A DNA stretch of 64,000 nt from assembly GCA_964016885.1 (NCBI GenBank), contig OZ024742.1, positions 375,720,001 to 375,784,000 on the forward strand, given 5' to 3'. A program made the translations under genes and the position numbers. The notes beneath the pieces are model-generated. The model saw only the letters and a list, made by a program, of their open reading frames with translations, searched no databases and was not told the DNA's origin. How positions within the stretch are numbered: position 1 is the first letter of the stretch; each line of letters starts with the position of its first letter. The DNA is from Eledone cirrhosa (lineage: Eukaryota). Below, one piece after another: positions 12,200 through 24,179 of the stretch.

Positions 12200-15100
12200 T
12201 GTCTGTCTAGAAACTCACTAGAGAGCAGGGAGGTATGGAAGTTCTCCTGTCTGTCTAGACACTCACTAGAGAGCAGGGAGGTATGGAAGGTCTCCTGTCT
12301 ATCTACACACCCAGTAGAGAGGAGGGAGGTATGTAAGGTCTCCTGTCTATCTAGACACTCAGTAGAGAGCAGGGAGATATGGAAGGTCTCCTGTCTATCT
12401 AGACACTCAGTAGAGAGCAGGGAGGTACGGAATGTCTCCTGTCTACCTAGACACTCAGTAGAGAGCAGGGAGGTACGGAATGTCTCCTGTCTATCTCGAG
12501 ACTCACTAGAGAGCAGGGAGGTATGGAAGGTCTCCTGTCTATCTAGACACTCAGCAGAGAGCAGGGAGGTATGGAACGTCTCCTGTCTACCTAGACACTC
12601 AGTAGAGAGCAGGGAGGTACGGAATGTCTCCTGTCTATCTAGAGACTCACTAGAGAGCAGGGAGGTATGGAAGGTCTCCTGTCTATCTAGACACTCGGTA
12701 GAGAGCAGGGTGGTATGGAAGGTCTCCTGTCTATCTAGACACTCAGTAGAGAGCAGGGAGGTATGGAAGGTCTCCTGTCTGTCTAGACACTCACTAGAGA
12801 GCAGGGTGGTATGGAAGGTCTCCTGTCTATCTAGAAACTCACTAGAGTGCAGGGAGGTATGGAAGGTCTCCTGTCTATCTAGACACTCACTAGAGAGCAG
12901 GGAGGTATGGAAGGTCTCCTGTCTATCTAGAAACTCACTAGAGAGCAGGGAGGTATGGAAGGTCTCCTGTCTATCTAGACACTCACTAGAGAGCAGGGAG
13001 GTATGGAAGGTCTCCTGTCTATCTAGAAACTCACTAGAGTGCAGGGAGGTATGGAAGGTCTCCTGTCTATCTAGACACTCACTAGAGAGCAGGGAGGTAT
13101 GGAAGGTCTCCTGTCTATCTAGACACTCACTAGAGAGCAGGGAGGTATGGAAGGTCTCCTGTCTATCTAGAAACTCACTAGAGAGCAGGGAGGTATGGAA
13201 GGTCTCCTGTCTATCTAGACACTCACTAGAGTGCAGGGAGGTATGGAAGGTCTCCTGTCTATCTAGAAACTCACTAGAGAGCAGGGAGGTATGGAAGGTC
13301 TCCTGTCTATCTAGACACTCACTAGAGTGCAGGGAGGTATGGAAGGTCTCCTGTCTATCTAGAAACTCACTAGAGAGCAGGGAGGTATGGAAGGTCTCCT
13401 GTCTATCTAGAAACTCACTAGAGTGCAGGGAGGTATGGAAGGTCTCCTGTCTATCTAGACACTCACTAGAGAGCAGGGAGGTATGGAAGGTCTCCTGTCT
13501 ATCTAGAAACTCACTAGAGAGCAGGGAGGTATGGAAGGTCTCCTGTCTATCTAGACACTCAGTAGAGAGCAGGGTGGTATGGAAGGTCTCCTGTCTATCT
13601 AGAGACTCACTAGAGAGCAGGGAGGTATGGAAGGTCTCCTGTCTATCTAGACACTCACTAGAGAGCAGGGAGGTATGGAAGGTCTCCTGTCTATCTAGAC
13701 ATAAACTAGAGAGCAGGGAGGTATGGAAGGTCTCCTGTCTGCCTACACACTCACTAGAGAGCAGGCAGGTATGGAAGGTCTCCTGTCTATCTAGAAACTC
13801 ACTAGAGTGCACGGAGGTATGGAAGTTCTCCTGTCTATCTAGACACTCAGTAGAAAGCAGGGAGGTATGGAAGGTCTCCTGTCTATCTAGAAACTCACTA
13901 GAGTGCAGGGAGGTATGGAAGTTCTCCAGTCTATCTAGACACTCAGTAGAGAGCAGGAAGTTCTCCTGTCTATTTAGACACTCAGTAGAGAGCAGGGACG
14001 TATGGAAGGTCTCCTGACTATCTAGACACTCAGTAGAGAGTAGGGAGGTCTCCTGTCTATCTAGACACTCACTAGAGAGCAGGGAGGTATGGAAGGTCTC
14101 CTGTCTATCTAGACAGTCAGTAGAGCGCAGGGAGGTATGGAAGGTCTCCTGCCTATCCAGACACTCACTAGAGAGTACGGGGGTATAGAAGGTATCCTGT
14201 CTACCTAGACACTCAGTAGAGAGCAGGGAGGTATGTAAGGTTTCCTGTCTATCTAGACACTCACTAGAGAGTAGGGAGATAAGGAAGGTCTCCTGTCTAT
14301 CTAGACACTCAGTAGAGAGCAGGAAGGTCTCCTGTCTATCTAGACACTCAGTAGAGAGCAGGAAGGTCTCCTGTCTATCTAGACACTCAGTAGAGAGCAG
14401 GAAGGTCTCCTGTCTATCTAGACACTGAGTAGAGAGCAGGGAGGTATGGAAGTTCTCCTGTCTATCCAGACACTCACTAGAGAGCAGGGAGATATGGAAG
14501 GTCTCCTGTCTATCTAGACACTCAGTAGAGAATAGGGAGGTATGGATGGTCTCCTGTCTAGTCTAGACACTCACTAGAGAGCATGGAGGTATGGAAGGTC
14601 TCCTGTCTATCTAGACACTCACTAGAGAGCAGGGTGGTATGGATGGTCTCCTGTCTATCTAGACACTCACTAGAGAGCATGGAGGTATGGAAGGTCTCCT
14701 GTCTGTCTAGACACTCACTAGAGAGCAGGCAGGTATGGAAGGTCTCCTGTCTATCTAGACACACACTAGAGAGCAGGGACGTATGGAAGGTCTCCTGTCT
14801 ATCTAGACACTCAGTAGAAAGCAGGGAGGTACGGAAGGTCTCCTGTCTATCTAGAGACTCACTAGAGAGCAGGGAGGTATGGAAGGTCTCCTGTCTATCT
14901 AGACACTCAGGAGAGCAGGGAGATATGGAAGGTCTCCTGTCTATCTAGACACTCACTAGAGAGCAGGGATGTATGGAAAGTCTCCTGTCTATCTAGACAC
15001 TCAGGAGAGCAGGGAGATATGGAAGGTCTCCTGTCTATCTAGACACTCACTAGAGAGCAGGGAGGTATGGAAGGTCTCCTGTCTATCTAGACACTCAGGA

Positions 15101-18100
15101 GAGCAGGGAGATATGGAAGGTCTCCTGTCTATCTAGACACTCACTAGAGAGCAGGGAGGTATGGAAGGTCTCCTGTCTGTCTAGACACTCAGTAGAGAGC
15201 AGGGAGGTATGGAAGGTCTCCTGCCTATCTAGAAACTCACTAGAGAGCAGGGAGGTATGGAAGTTCCCCTGTCTAGCTAGACACTGACTAGAGAGCAGGG
15301 AGGTATGGAAGATCTCCTGTCTATCTAGACAATCAGTAGAGAGCATGGAGATATGGAAGGTCTCCTGTCTATCTAGACACTCAGTAGAGAGCAGGGAGGT
15401 CTCCTGTGTATCTAGACACTGAGTAGAGAGCAGGGAGGTATGGAAGTTCTCCTGTCTATCCAGACACCAAGGAGAGAGCAGGCAGGTATGGAAGGTCTCC
15501 TGTCTATCTAGACACTCAGTAGAGAGCAGGGAGGTATGGAAGGTCTCCTGCCTATCTAGAAACTCACTAGAGAGCAGGGAGGTATGGAAGTTCTCCTGTC
15601 TATCTAGACACTCAGTAGAGAGCAGGAAGTTCTCTTGTCTATCTAGACACTCAGTAGAGAGCAGGGAGGTATGGAAGGTCTCCCGACTATCTACACACCC
15701 AGTAGAGAGTAGGGAGGTCTCCTGTCTATCTAGACACTCAGAAGAGAGCAGAGAGGTATGGAAGGTCTCCTGTCTATCTAGACACTCAGGAGAGAGTAGG
15801 GAGATATGCAAGGTCTCCTGTCTATCTAGACACTCACTAGAGAGCAGGGAGATATGGAAGGTCTCCTGTCTATCTAGACACTCAGTAGAGAGCAGGGAGG
15901 TATGGAAGGTCTCCTGTCTATCCAGACACTCACTAGAGAGCAGGGAGGTATGGAAGGTCTCCTGTTTATCTAGACACTCAGTAGAGAGCAGGGAGGTACG
16001 GAAGATCTCCTGTCTATCTAGAGACTCACTAGAGAGCAGGGAGGTATGGAAGGTCTCCTGTCTATCTAGACACTCACTAGAGAGCAGGGAGGTATGGAAG
16101 GTCTCCTGTCTATCTAGACACTCAGTAGAGAGCAGGGAGGTATGGAATGTCTCCTGCCTATCTAGAAACTCACTAGAGAGCAGGGAGGTATGGAAGGTCT
16201 CCTATCTATCTAGACACTCACTAGAGAGCAGGGAGATATGCAAGGTCTCCTGTCTATCTAGACACTCACTAGAGAGCAGGGAGATATGGAAGGTCTCCTG
16301 TCTATCTAGACACTCAGGAGAGAGTAGGGAGATATGCAAAGTCTCCTGTCTATCTAGACACTCACTAGAGAGCAGGGAGGTATGGAAGGTCTCCTGTCTA
16401 TCTAGACACTCATTAGAGAGCAGGGACGTATGGAAGGTCTCCTGTCTATCTAGACACTCAGTAGAAAGGAGGGAGGTACGGAAGGTCTCCTGTCTATCTA
16501 GAGACTCACTAGAGAGCAGGGAGGTATGGAAGGTCTCCTGTCTATCTAGACACTCATGAGAGCAGGGAGATATGGAAATTCTCCTGTCTATCTAGACACT
16601 CACTAGAGAGCAGGGAGGTATGGAAGGTCTCCTGTCTGTCTAGACACTCAGTAGAGAGCAGGGAGGTATGGAAGGTCTCCTGCCTATCTAGAAACTCACT
16701 AGAGAGCAGGGAGGCATGGAAGTTCTCCTGTCTGTCTAGACACTCACTAGAGAGCAGGGAGGTATGGAAGGTCTCCTGTCTATCTACACACCCAGTAGAG
16801 AGGAGGGAGGTATGTAAGGTCTCCTGTCTATCTAGACACTCAGTAGAGAGCAGGGAGATATGGAAGGTCTCCTGTCTATCTAGACACTCAGTAGAGAGCA
16901 GGGAGGTACGGAATGTCTCCTGTCTACCTAGACACTCAGTAGAGAGCAGGGAGGTACGGAATTTCTCCTGTCTATCTAGAGACTCACTAGAGAGCAGGGA
17001 GGTATGGAAGGTCTCCTGTCTATCTAGACACTCAGCAGAGAGCAGGGAGGTATGGAAGGTCTCCTGTCTACCTAGACACTCAGTAGAGAGCAGGGAGGTA
17101 CGGAATGTCTCCTGTCTATCTAGAGACTCACTAGAGAGCAGGGAGGTATGGAAGGTCTCCTGTCTATCTAGACACTCGGTAGAGAGCAGGGGGTATGGAA
17201 GGTCTCCTGTCTATCTAGACACTCAGTAGAGAGCAGGGAGGTATGGAAGGTCTCCTGTCTGTCTAGACACTCACTAGAGAGCAGGGTGGTATGGAAGGTC
17301 TCCTGTCTATCTAGAAACTCACTAGAGTGCAGGGAGGTATGGAAGGTCTCCTGTCTATCTAGACACTCACTAGAGAGCAGGGAGGTATGGAAGGTCTCCT
17401 GTCTATCTAGAAACTCACTAGAGAGCAGGGAGGTATGGAAGGTCTCCTGTCTATCTAGACACTGAGTAGAGAGCAGGGAGGTATGGAAGGTCTCCTGTCT
17501 ATCTAGAAACTCACTAGAGTGCAGGGAGGTATGGAAGGTCTCCTGTCTATCTAGACACTCACTAGAGAGCAGGGAGGTATGGAAGGTCTCCTATCTATCT
17601 AGACACTCACTAGAGAGCAGGGAGGTATGGAAGGTCTCCTGTCTATCTAGAAACTCACTAGAGAGCAGGGAGGTATGGAAGGTCTCCTGTCTATCTAGAC
17701 ACTCACTAGAGTGCAGGGAGGTATGGAAGGTCTCCTGTCTATCTAGAAACTCACTAGAGAGCAGGGAGGTATGGAAGGTCTCCTGTCTATCTAGACACTC
17801 ACTAGAGTGCAGGGAGGTATGGAAGGTCTCCTGTCTATCTAGAAACTCACTAGAGAGCAGGGAGGTATGGAAGGTCTCCTGTCTATCTAGAAACTCACTA
17901 GAGTGCAGGGAGGTATGGAAGGTCTCCTGTCTATCTAGACACTCACTAGAGAGCAGGGAGGTATGGAGGGTCTCCTGTCTATCTAGAAACTCACTAGAGA
18001 GCAGGGAGGTATGGAAGGTCTCCTGTCTATCTAGACACTCAGTAGAGAGCAGGGTGGTATGGAAGGTCTCCTGTCTATCTAGAGACTCACTAGAGAGCAG

Positions 18101-21100
18101 GGAGGTATGGAAGGTCTCCTGTCTATCTAGACACTCACTAGAGAGCAGGGAGGTATGGAAGGTCTCCTGTCTATCTAGACATAAACTAGAGAGCAGGGAG
18201 GTATGGAAGGTCTCCTGTCTGCCTACACACTCACTAGAGAGCAGGCAGGTATGGAAGGTCTCCTGTCTATCTAGAAACTCACTAGAGTGCACGGAGGTAT
18301 GGAAGTTCTCCTGTCTATCTAGACACTCAGTAGAAAGCAGGGAGGTATGGAAGGTCTCCTGTCTATCTAGAAACTCACTAGAGTGCAGGGAGGTATGGAA
18401 GTTCTCCAGTCTATCTAGACACTCAGTAGAGAGCAGGAAGTTCTCCTGTCTATTTAGACACTCAGTAGAGAGCAGGGACGTATGGAAGGTCTCCTGACTA
18501 TCTAGACACTCAGTAGAGAGTAGGGAGGTCTCCTGTCTATCTAGACACTCACTAGAGAGCAGGGAGGTATGGAAGGTCTCCTGTCTATCTAGACAGTCAG
18601 TAGAGCGCAGGGAGGTATGGAAGGTCTCCTGCCTATCCAGACACTCACTAGAGAGTACGGGGGTATAGAAGGTATCCTGTCTACCTAGACACTCAGTAGA
18701 GAGCAGGGAGGTATGTAAGGTTTCCTGTCTATCTAGACACTCACTAGAGAGTAGGGAGATAAGGAAGGTCTCCTGTCTATCTAGACACTCAGTAGAGAGC
18801 AGGAAGGTCTCCTGTCTATCTAGACACTCAGTAGAGAGCAGGAAGGTCTCCTGTCTATCTAGACACTCAGTAGAGAGCAGGAAGGTCTCCTGTCTATCTA
18901 GACACTGAGTAGAGAGCAGGGAGGTATGGAAGGTCTCCTGTCTATCCAGACACTCACTAGAGAGCAGGGAGATATGGAAGGTCTCCTGTCTATCTAGACA
19001 CTCAGTAGAGAATAGGGAGGTATGGATGGTCTCCTGTCTAGTCTAGACACTCACTAGAGAGCATGGAGGTATGGAAGGTCTCCTGTCTATCTAGACACTC
19101 ACTAGAGAGCAGGGTGGTATGGATGGTCTCCTGTCTATCTAGACACTCACTAGAGAGCATGGAGGTATGGAAGGTCTCCTGTCTGTCTAGACACTCACTA
19201 GAGAGCAGGCAGGTATGGAAGGTCTCCTGTCTATCTAGACACACACTAGAGAGCAGGGACGTATGGAAGGTCTCCTGTCTATCTAGACACTCAGTAGAAA
19301 GCAGGGAGGTACGGAAGGTCTCCTGTCTATCTAGAGACTCACTAGAGAGCAGGGAGGTATGGAAGGTCTCCTGTCTATCTAGACACTCAGGAGAGCAGGG
19401 AGATATGGAAGGTCTCCTGTCTATCTAGACACTCACTAGAGAGCAGGGATGTATGGAAAGTCTCCTGTCTATCTAGACACTCAGGAGAGCAGGGAGATAT
19501 GGAAGGTCTCCTGTCTATCTAGACACTCACTAGAGAGCAGGGAGGTATGGAAGGTCTCCTGTCTATCTAGACACTCAGGAGAGCAGGGAGATATGGAAGG
19601 TCTCCTGTCTATCTAGACACTCACTAGAGAGCAGGGAGGTATGGAAGGTCTCCTGTCTGTCTAGACACTCAGTAGAGAGCAGGGAGGTATGGAAGGTCTC
19701 CTGCCTATCTAGAACCTCACTAGAGAGCAGGGAGGTATGGAAGTTCCCCTGTCTAGCTAGACACTGACTAGAGAGCAGGGAGGTATGGAAGATCTCCTGT
19801 CTATCTAGACAATCAGTAGAGAGCATGGAGATATGGAAGGTCTCCTGTCTATCTAGACACTCAGTAGAGAGCAGGGAGGTCTCCTGTGTATCTAGACACT
19901 GAGTAGAGAGCAGGGAGGTATGGAAGTTCTCCTGTCTATCCAGACACCAAGGAGAGAGCAGGCAGGTATGGAAGGTCTCCTGTCTATCTAGACACTCAGT
20001 AGAGAGCAGGGAGGTATGGAAGGTCTCCTGCCTATCTAGAAACTCACTAGAGAGCAGGGAGGTATGGAAGTTCTCCTGTCTATCTAGACACTCAGTAGAG
20101 AGCAGGAAGTTCTCTTGTCTATCTAGACACTCAGTAGAGAGCAGGGAGGTATGGAAGGTCTCCCGACTATCTACACACCCAGTAGAGAGTAGGGAGGTCT
20201 CCTGTCTATCTAGACACTCAGAAGAGAGCAGAGAGGTATGGAAGGTCTCCTGTCTATCTAGACACTCAGGAGAGAGTAGGGAGATATGCAAGGTCTCCTG
20301 TCTATCTAGACACTCACTAGAGAGCAGGGAGATATGGAAGGTCTCCTGTCTATCTAGACACTCAGTAGAGAGCAGGGAGGTATGGAAGGTCTCCTGTCTA
20401 TCCAGACACTCACTAGAGAGCAGGGAGGTATGGAAGGTCTCCTGTTTATCTAGACACTCAGTAGAGAGCAGGGAGGTACGGAAGATCTCCTGTCTATCTA
20501 GAGACTCACTAGAGAGCAGGGAGGTATGGAAGGTCTCCTGTCTATCTAGACACTCACTAGAGAGCAGGGAGGTATGGAAGGTCTCCTGTCTATCTAGACA
20601 CTCAGTAGAGAGCAGGGAGGTATGGAATGTCTCCTGCCTATCTAGAAACTCACTAGAGAGCAGGGAGGTATGGAAGGTCTCCTATCTATCTAGACATTCA
20701 CTAGAGAGCAGGGAGATATGCAAGGTCTCCTGTCTATCTAGACACTCACTAGAGAGCAGGGAGATATGGAAGGTCTCCTGTCTATCTAGACACTCAGGAG
20801 AGAGTAGGGAGATATGCAAAGTCTCCTGTCTATCTAGACACTCACTAGAGAGCAGGGAGGTATGGAAGGTCTCCTGTCTATCTAGACACTCATTAGAGAG
20901 CAGGGACGTATGGAAGGTCTCCTGTCTATCTAGACACTCAGTAGAAAGGAGGGAGGTACGGAAGGTCTCCTGTCTATCTAGAGACTCACTAGAGAGCAGG
21001 GAGGTATGGAAGGTCTCCTGTCTATCTAGACACTCATGAGAGCAGGGAGATATGGAAATTCTCCTGTCTATCTAGACACTCACTAGAGAGCAGGGAGGTA

Positions 21101-21850
21101 TGGAAGGTCTCCTGTCTGTCTAGACACTCAGTAGAGAGCAGGGAGGTATGGAAGGTCTCCTGCCTATCTAGAAACTCACTAGAGAGCAGGGAGGCATGGA
21201 AGTTCTCCTGTCTGTCTAGACACTCACTAGAGAGCAGGGAGGTATGGAAGGTCTCCTGTCTATCTACACACCCAGTAGAGAGGAGGGAGGTATGTAAGGT
21301 CTCCTGTCTATCTAGACACTCAGTAGAGAGCAGGGAGATATGGAAGGTCTCCTGTCTATCTAGACACTCAGTAGAGAGCAGGGAGGTACGGAATGTCTCC
21401 TGTCTACCTAGACACTCAGTAGAGAGCAGGGAGGTACGGAATTTCTCCTGTCTATCTAGAGACTCACTAGAGAGCAGGGAGGTATGGAAGGTCTCCTGTC
21501 TATCTAGACACTCAGCAGAGAGCAGGGAGGTATGGAAGGTCTCCTGTCTACCTAGACACTCAGTAGAGAGCAGGGAGGTACGGAATGTCTCCTGTCTATC
21601 TAGAGACTCACTAGAGAGCAGGGAGGTATGGAAGGTCTCCTGTCTATCTAGACACTCGGTAGAGAGCAGGGGGTATGGAAGGTCTCCTGTCTATCTAGAC
21701 ACTCAGTAGAGAGCAGGGAGGTATGGAAGGTCTCCTGTCTGTCTAGACACTCACTAGAGAGCAGGGTGGTATGGAAGGTCTCCTGTCTATCTAGAAACTC
21801 ACTAGAGTGCAGGGAGGTATGGAAGGTCTCCTGTCTATCTAGACACTCAG
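12200..21850. repeat. Tandem duplication within the array, 4480-bp period, about 2.1 copies (boundaries approximate)
   Basis: ORF coordinates recur with an exact 4480 offset (13812/18292, 14017/18497, 14558/19038, 14583/19063, 15095/19575). Rare variants recur at the same offset: GACATAAACTAG ~13700/18180, TATTTAGAC ~13971/18451, GACACACACTAG ~14760/19240, GCAGGGGGTATGG ~17186/21666. Confidence 0.93.
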
Positions 21851-24179
21851 TAGAGAGCAGGGTGGTATGGAAGGTCTCCTGTCTATCTAGAGACTCACTA
21901 GAGAGCAGGGAGGTATGGAAGGTCTCCTGTCTATCTAGACACTCACTAGAGAGCAGGGAGGTATGGAAGGTCTCCTGTCTATCTAGACATTAACTAGAGA
22001 GCAGGGAGGTATGGAAGGTCTCCTGTCTGCCTAGACACTCACTAGAGAGCAGGCAGGTATGGAAGGTCTCCTGTCTATCTAGAAACTCATTAGAGTGCAG
22101 GGAGGTATGGAAGTTCTCCTGTCTATCTAGACACTCAGTAGAGAGCAGGGAGGTATGGAAGGTCTCCTGTCTATCTAGAAACTCACTAGAGTGCAGGGAG
22201 GTATGGAAGTTCTCCAGTCTATCTAGACACTCAGTAGAGAGCAGGAAGTTCTCCTGTCTATCTAGACACTCAGTAGAGAGCAGGGACGTATGGAAGGTCT
22301 CCTGACTATCTAGACACTCAGTAGAGAGTAGGGAGGTCTCCTGTCTATCTAGACACTCACTAGAGAGCAGGGAGGTATGGAAGGTCTCCTGTCTATCTAG
22401 ACAGTCAGTAGAGCGCAGGGAGGTATGGAAGGTCTCCTGCCTATCCAGACACTCACTAGAGAGTACGGGGGTATAGACGGTATCCTGTCTACCTAGACAC
22501 TCAGTAGAGAGCAGGGAGGTATGTAAGGTTTCCTGTCTATCTAGACACTCACTAGAGAGTAGGGAGATAAGGAAGGTCTCCTGTCTATCTAGACACTCAG
22601 TAGAGAGCAGGAAGGTCTCCTGTCTATCTAGACACTCACTAGAGAGCATGGAGGTATGGAAGGTCTCCTGTCTGTCTAGACACTCACTAGAGAGCAGGCA
22701 GGTATGGAAGGTCTCCTGTCTATCTAGACACTCACTAGAGAGCAGGGACGTATGGAAGGTCCCCTGTCTATCTAGACACTCAGTAGAAAGCAGGGAGGTA
22801 CAGAAGGTCTCCTGTCTATCTAGAGACTCACTAGAGAGCAGGGAGGTATGGAAGGTCTCCTGTCTATCTAGACACTCAGGAGAGCAGGGAGATATGGAAG
22901 GTCTCCTGTCTATCTAGACACTCACTAGAGAGCAGGGATGTATGGAAAGTCTCCTGTCTATCTAGACACTCAGGAGAGCAGGGAGATATGGAAGGTCTCC
23001 TGTCTATCTAGACACTCACTAGAGAGCAGGGAGGTATGGAAGGTCTCCTGTCTATCTAGACACTCAGGAGAGCAGGGAGATATGGAAGGTCTCCTGTCTA
23101 TCTAGACACTCACTAGAGAGCAGGGAGGTATGGAAGGTCTCCTGTCTGTCTAGACACTCAGTAGAGAGCAGGGAGGTATGGAAGGTCTCCTGCCTATCTA
23201 GAAACTCACTAGAGAGCAGGGAGGTATGGAAGTTCCCCTGTCTAGCTAGACACTGACTAGAGAGCAGGGAGGTATGGAAGGTCTCCTGTCTATCTAGACA
23301 ATCAGTAGGGAGCAGGGAGATATGGAAGGTCTCCTGTCTATCTAGACACTCAGTAGAGAGCAGGGAGGTCTCCTGTGTATCTAGACACTGAGTAGAGAGC
23401 AGGGAGGTATGGAAGTTCTCCTCTCTATCCAGACACTAAGGAGAGAGCAGGCAGGTATGGAAGGTCTCCTGTCTATCTAGACACTCAGTAGAGATCAGGG
23501 AGGTATGGAAGGTCTCCTGCCTATCTAGAAACTCACTAGAGAGCAGGGAGGTATGGAAGTTCTCCTGTCTATCTAGACACTCAGTAGAGAGCAGGAAGTT
23601 CTCCTGTCTATCTAGACACTCAGTAGAGAGCAGGGAGGTATGGAAGGTCTCCCGACTATCTACACACCCAGTAGAGAGTAGGGAGGTCTCCTGTCTATCT
23701 AGACACTCACTAGATAGCAGGGAGGTATGGAAGGTCTCCTGTCTATCTAGACACTCAGAAGAGAGCAGAGAGGTATGGAAGGTCTCCTGTCTATCTAGAC
23801 ACTCAAGAGAGAGTAGGGAGATATGGAAGGTCTCCTGTCTATCTAGACACTCACTAGAGAGCAGGGAGATGTGGAAGGTCTCCTGTCTATCTAGACACTC
23901 AGGAGAGAGTAGGGAGATATGCAAGGTCTCCTGTCTGTCTAGACACTCACTAGAGAGCAGGGAGGTATGGAAGGTCTTCTGTCTATCTAGCCACTCACTA
24001 GAGAGCAGGGTGGTATGGATGGTCTCCTGTCTATCTAGACACACAGGAGAGAGTAGGGAGATATGGAAGGTCTCCTGTCTATCTAGACACTCACTAGAGA
24101 GCAGGGAGATATGGAAGGTCTCCTGTCTATCTAGACACTCAGGAGAGAGCAGGGAGGTATGGAAGGTCTCCTGTCTGTC

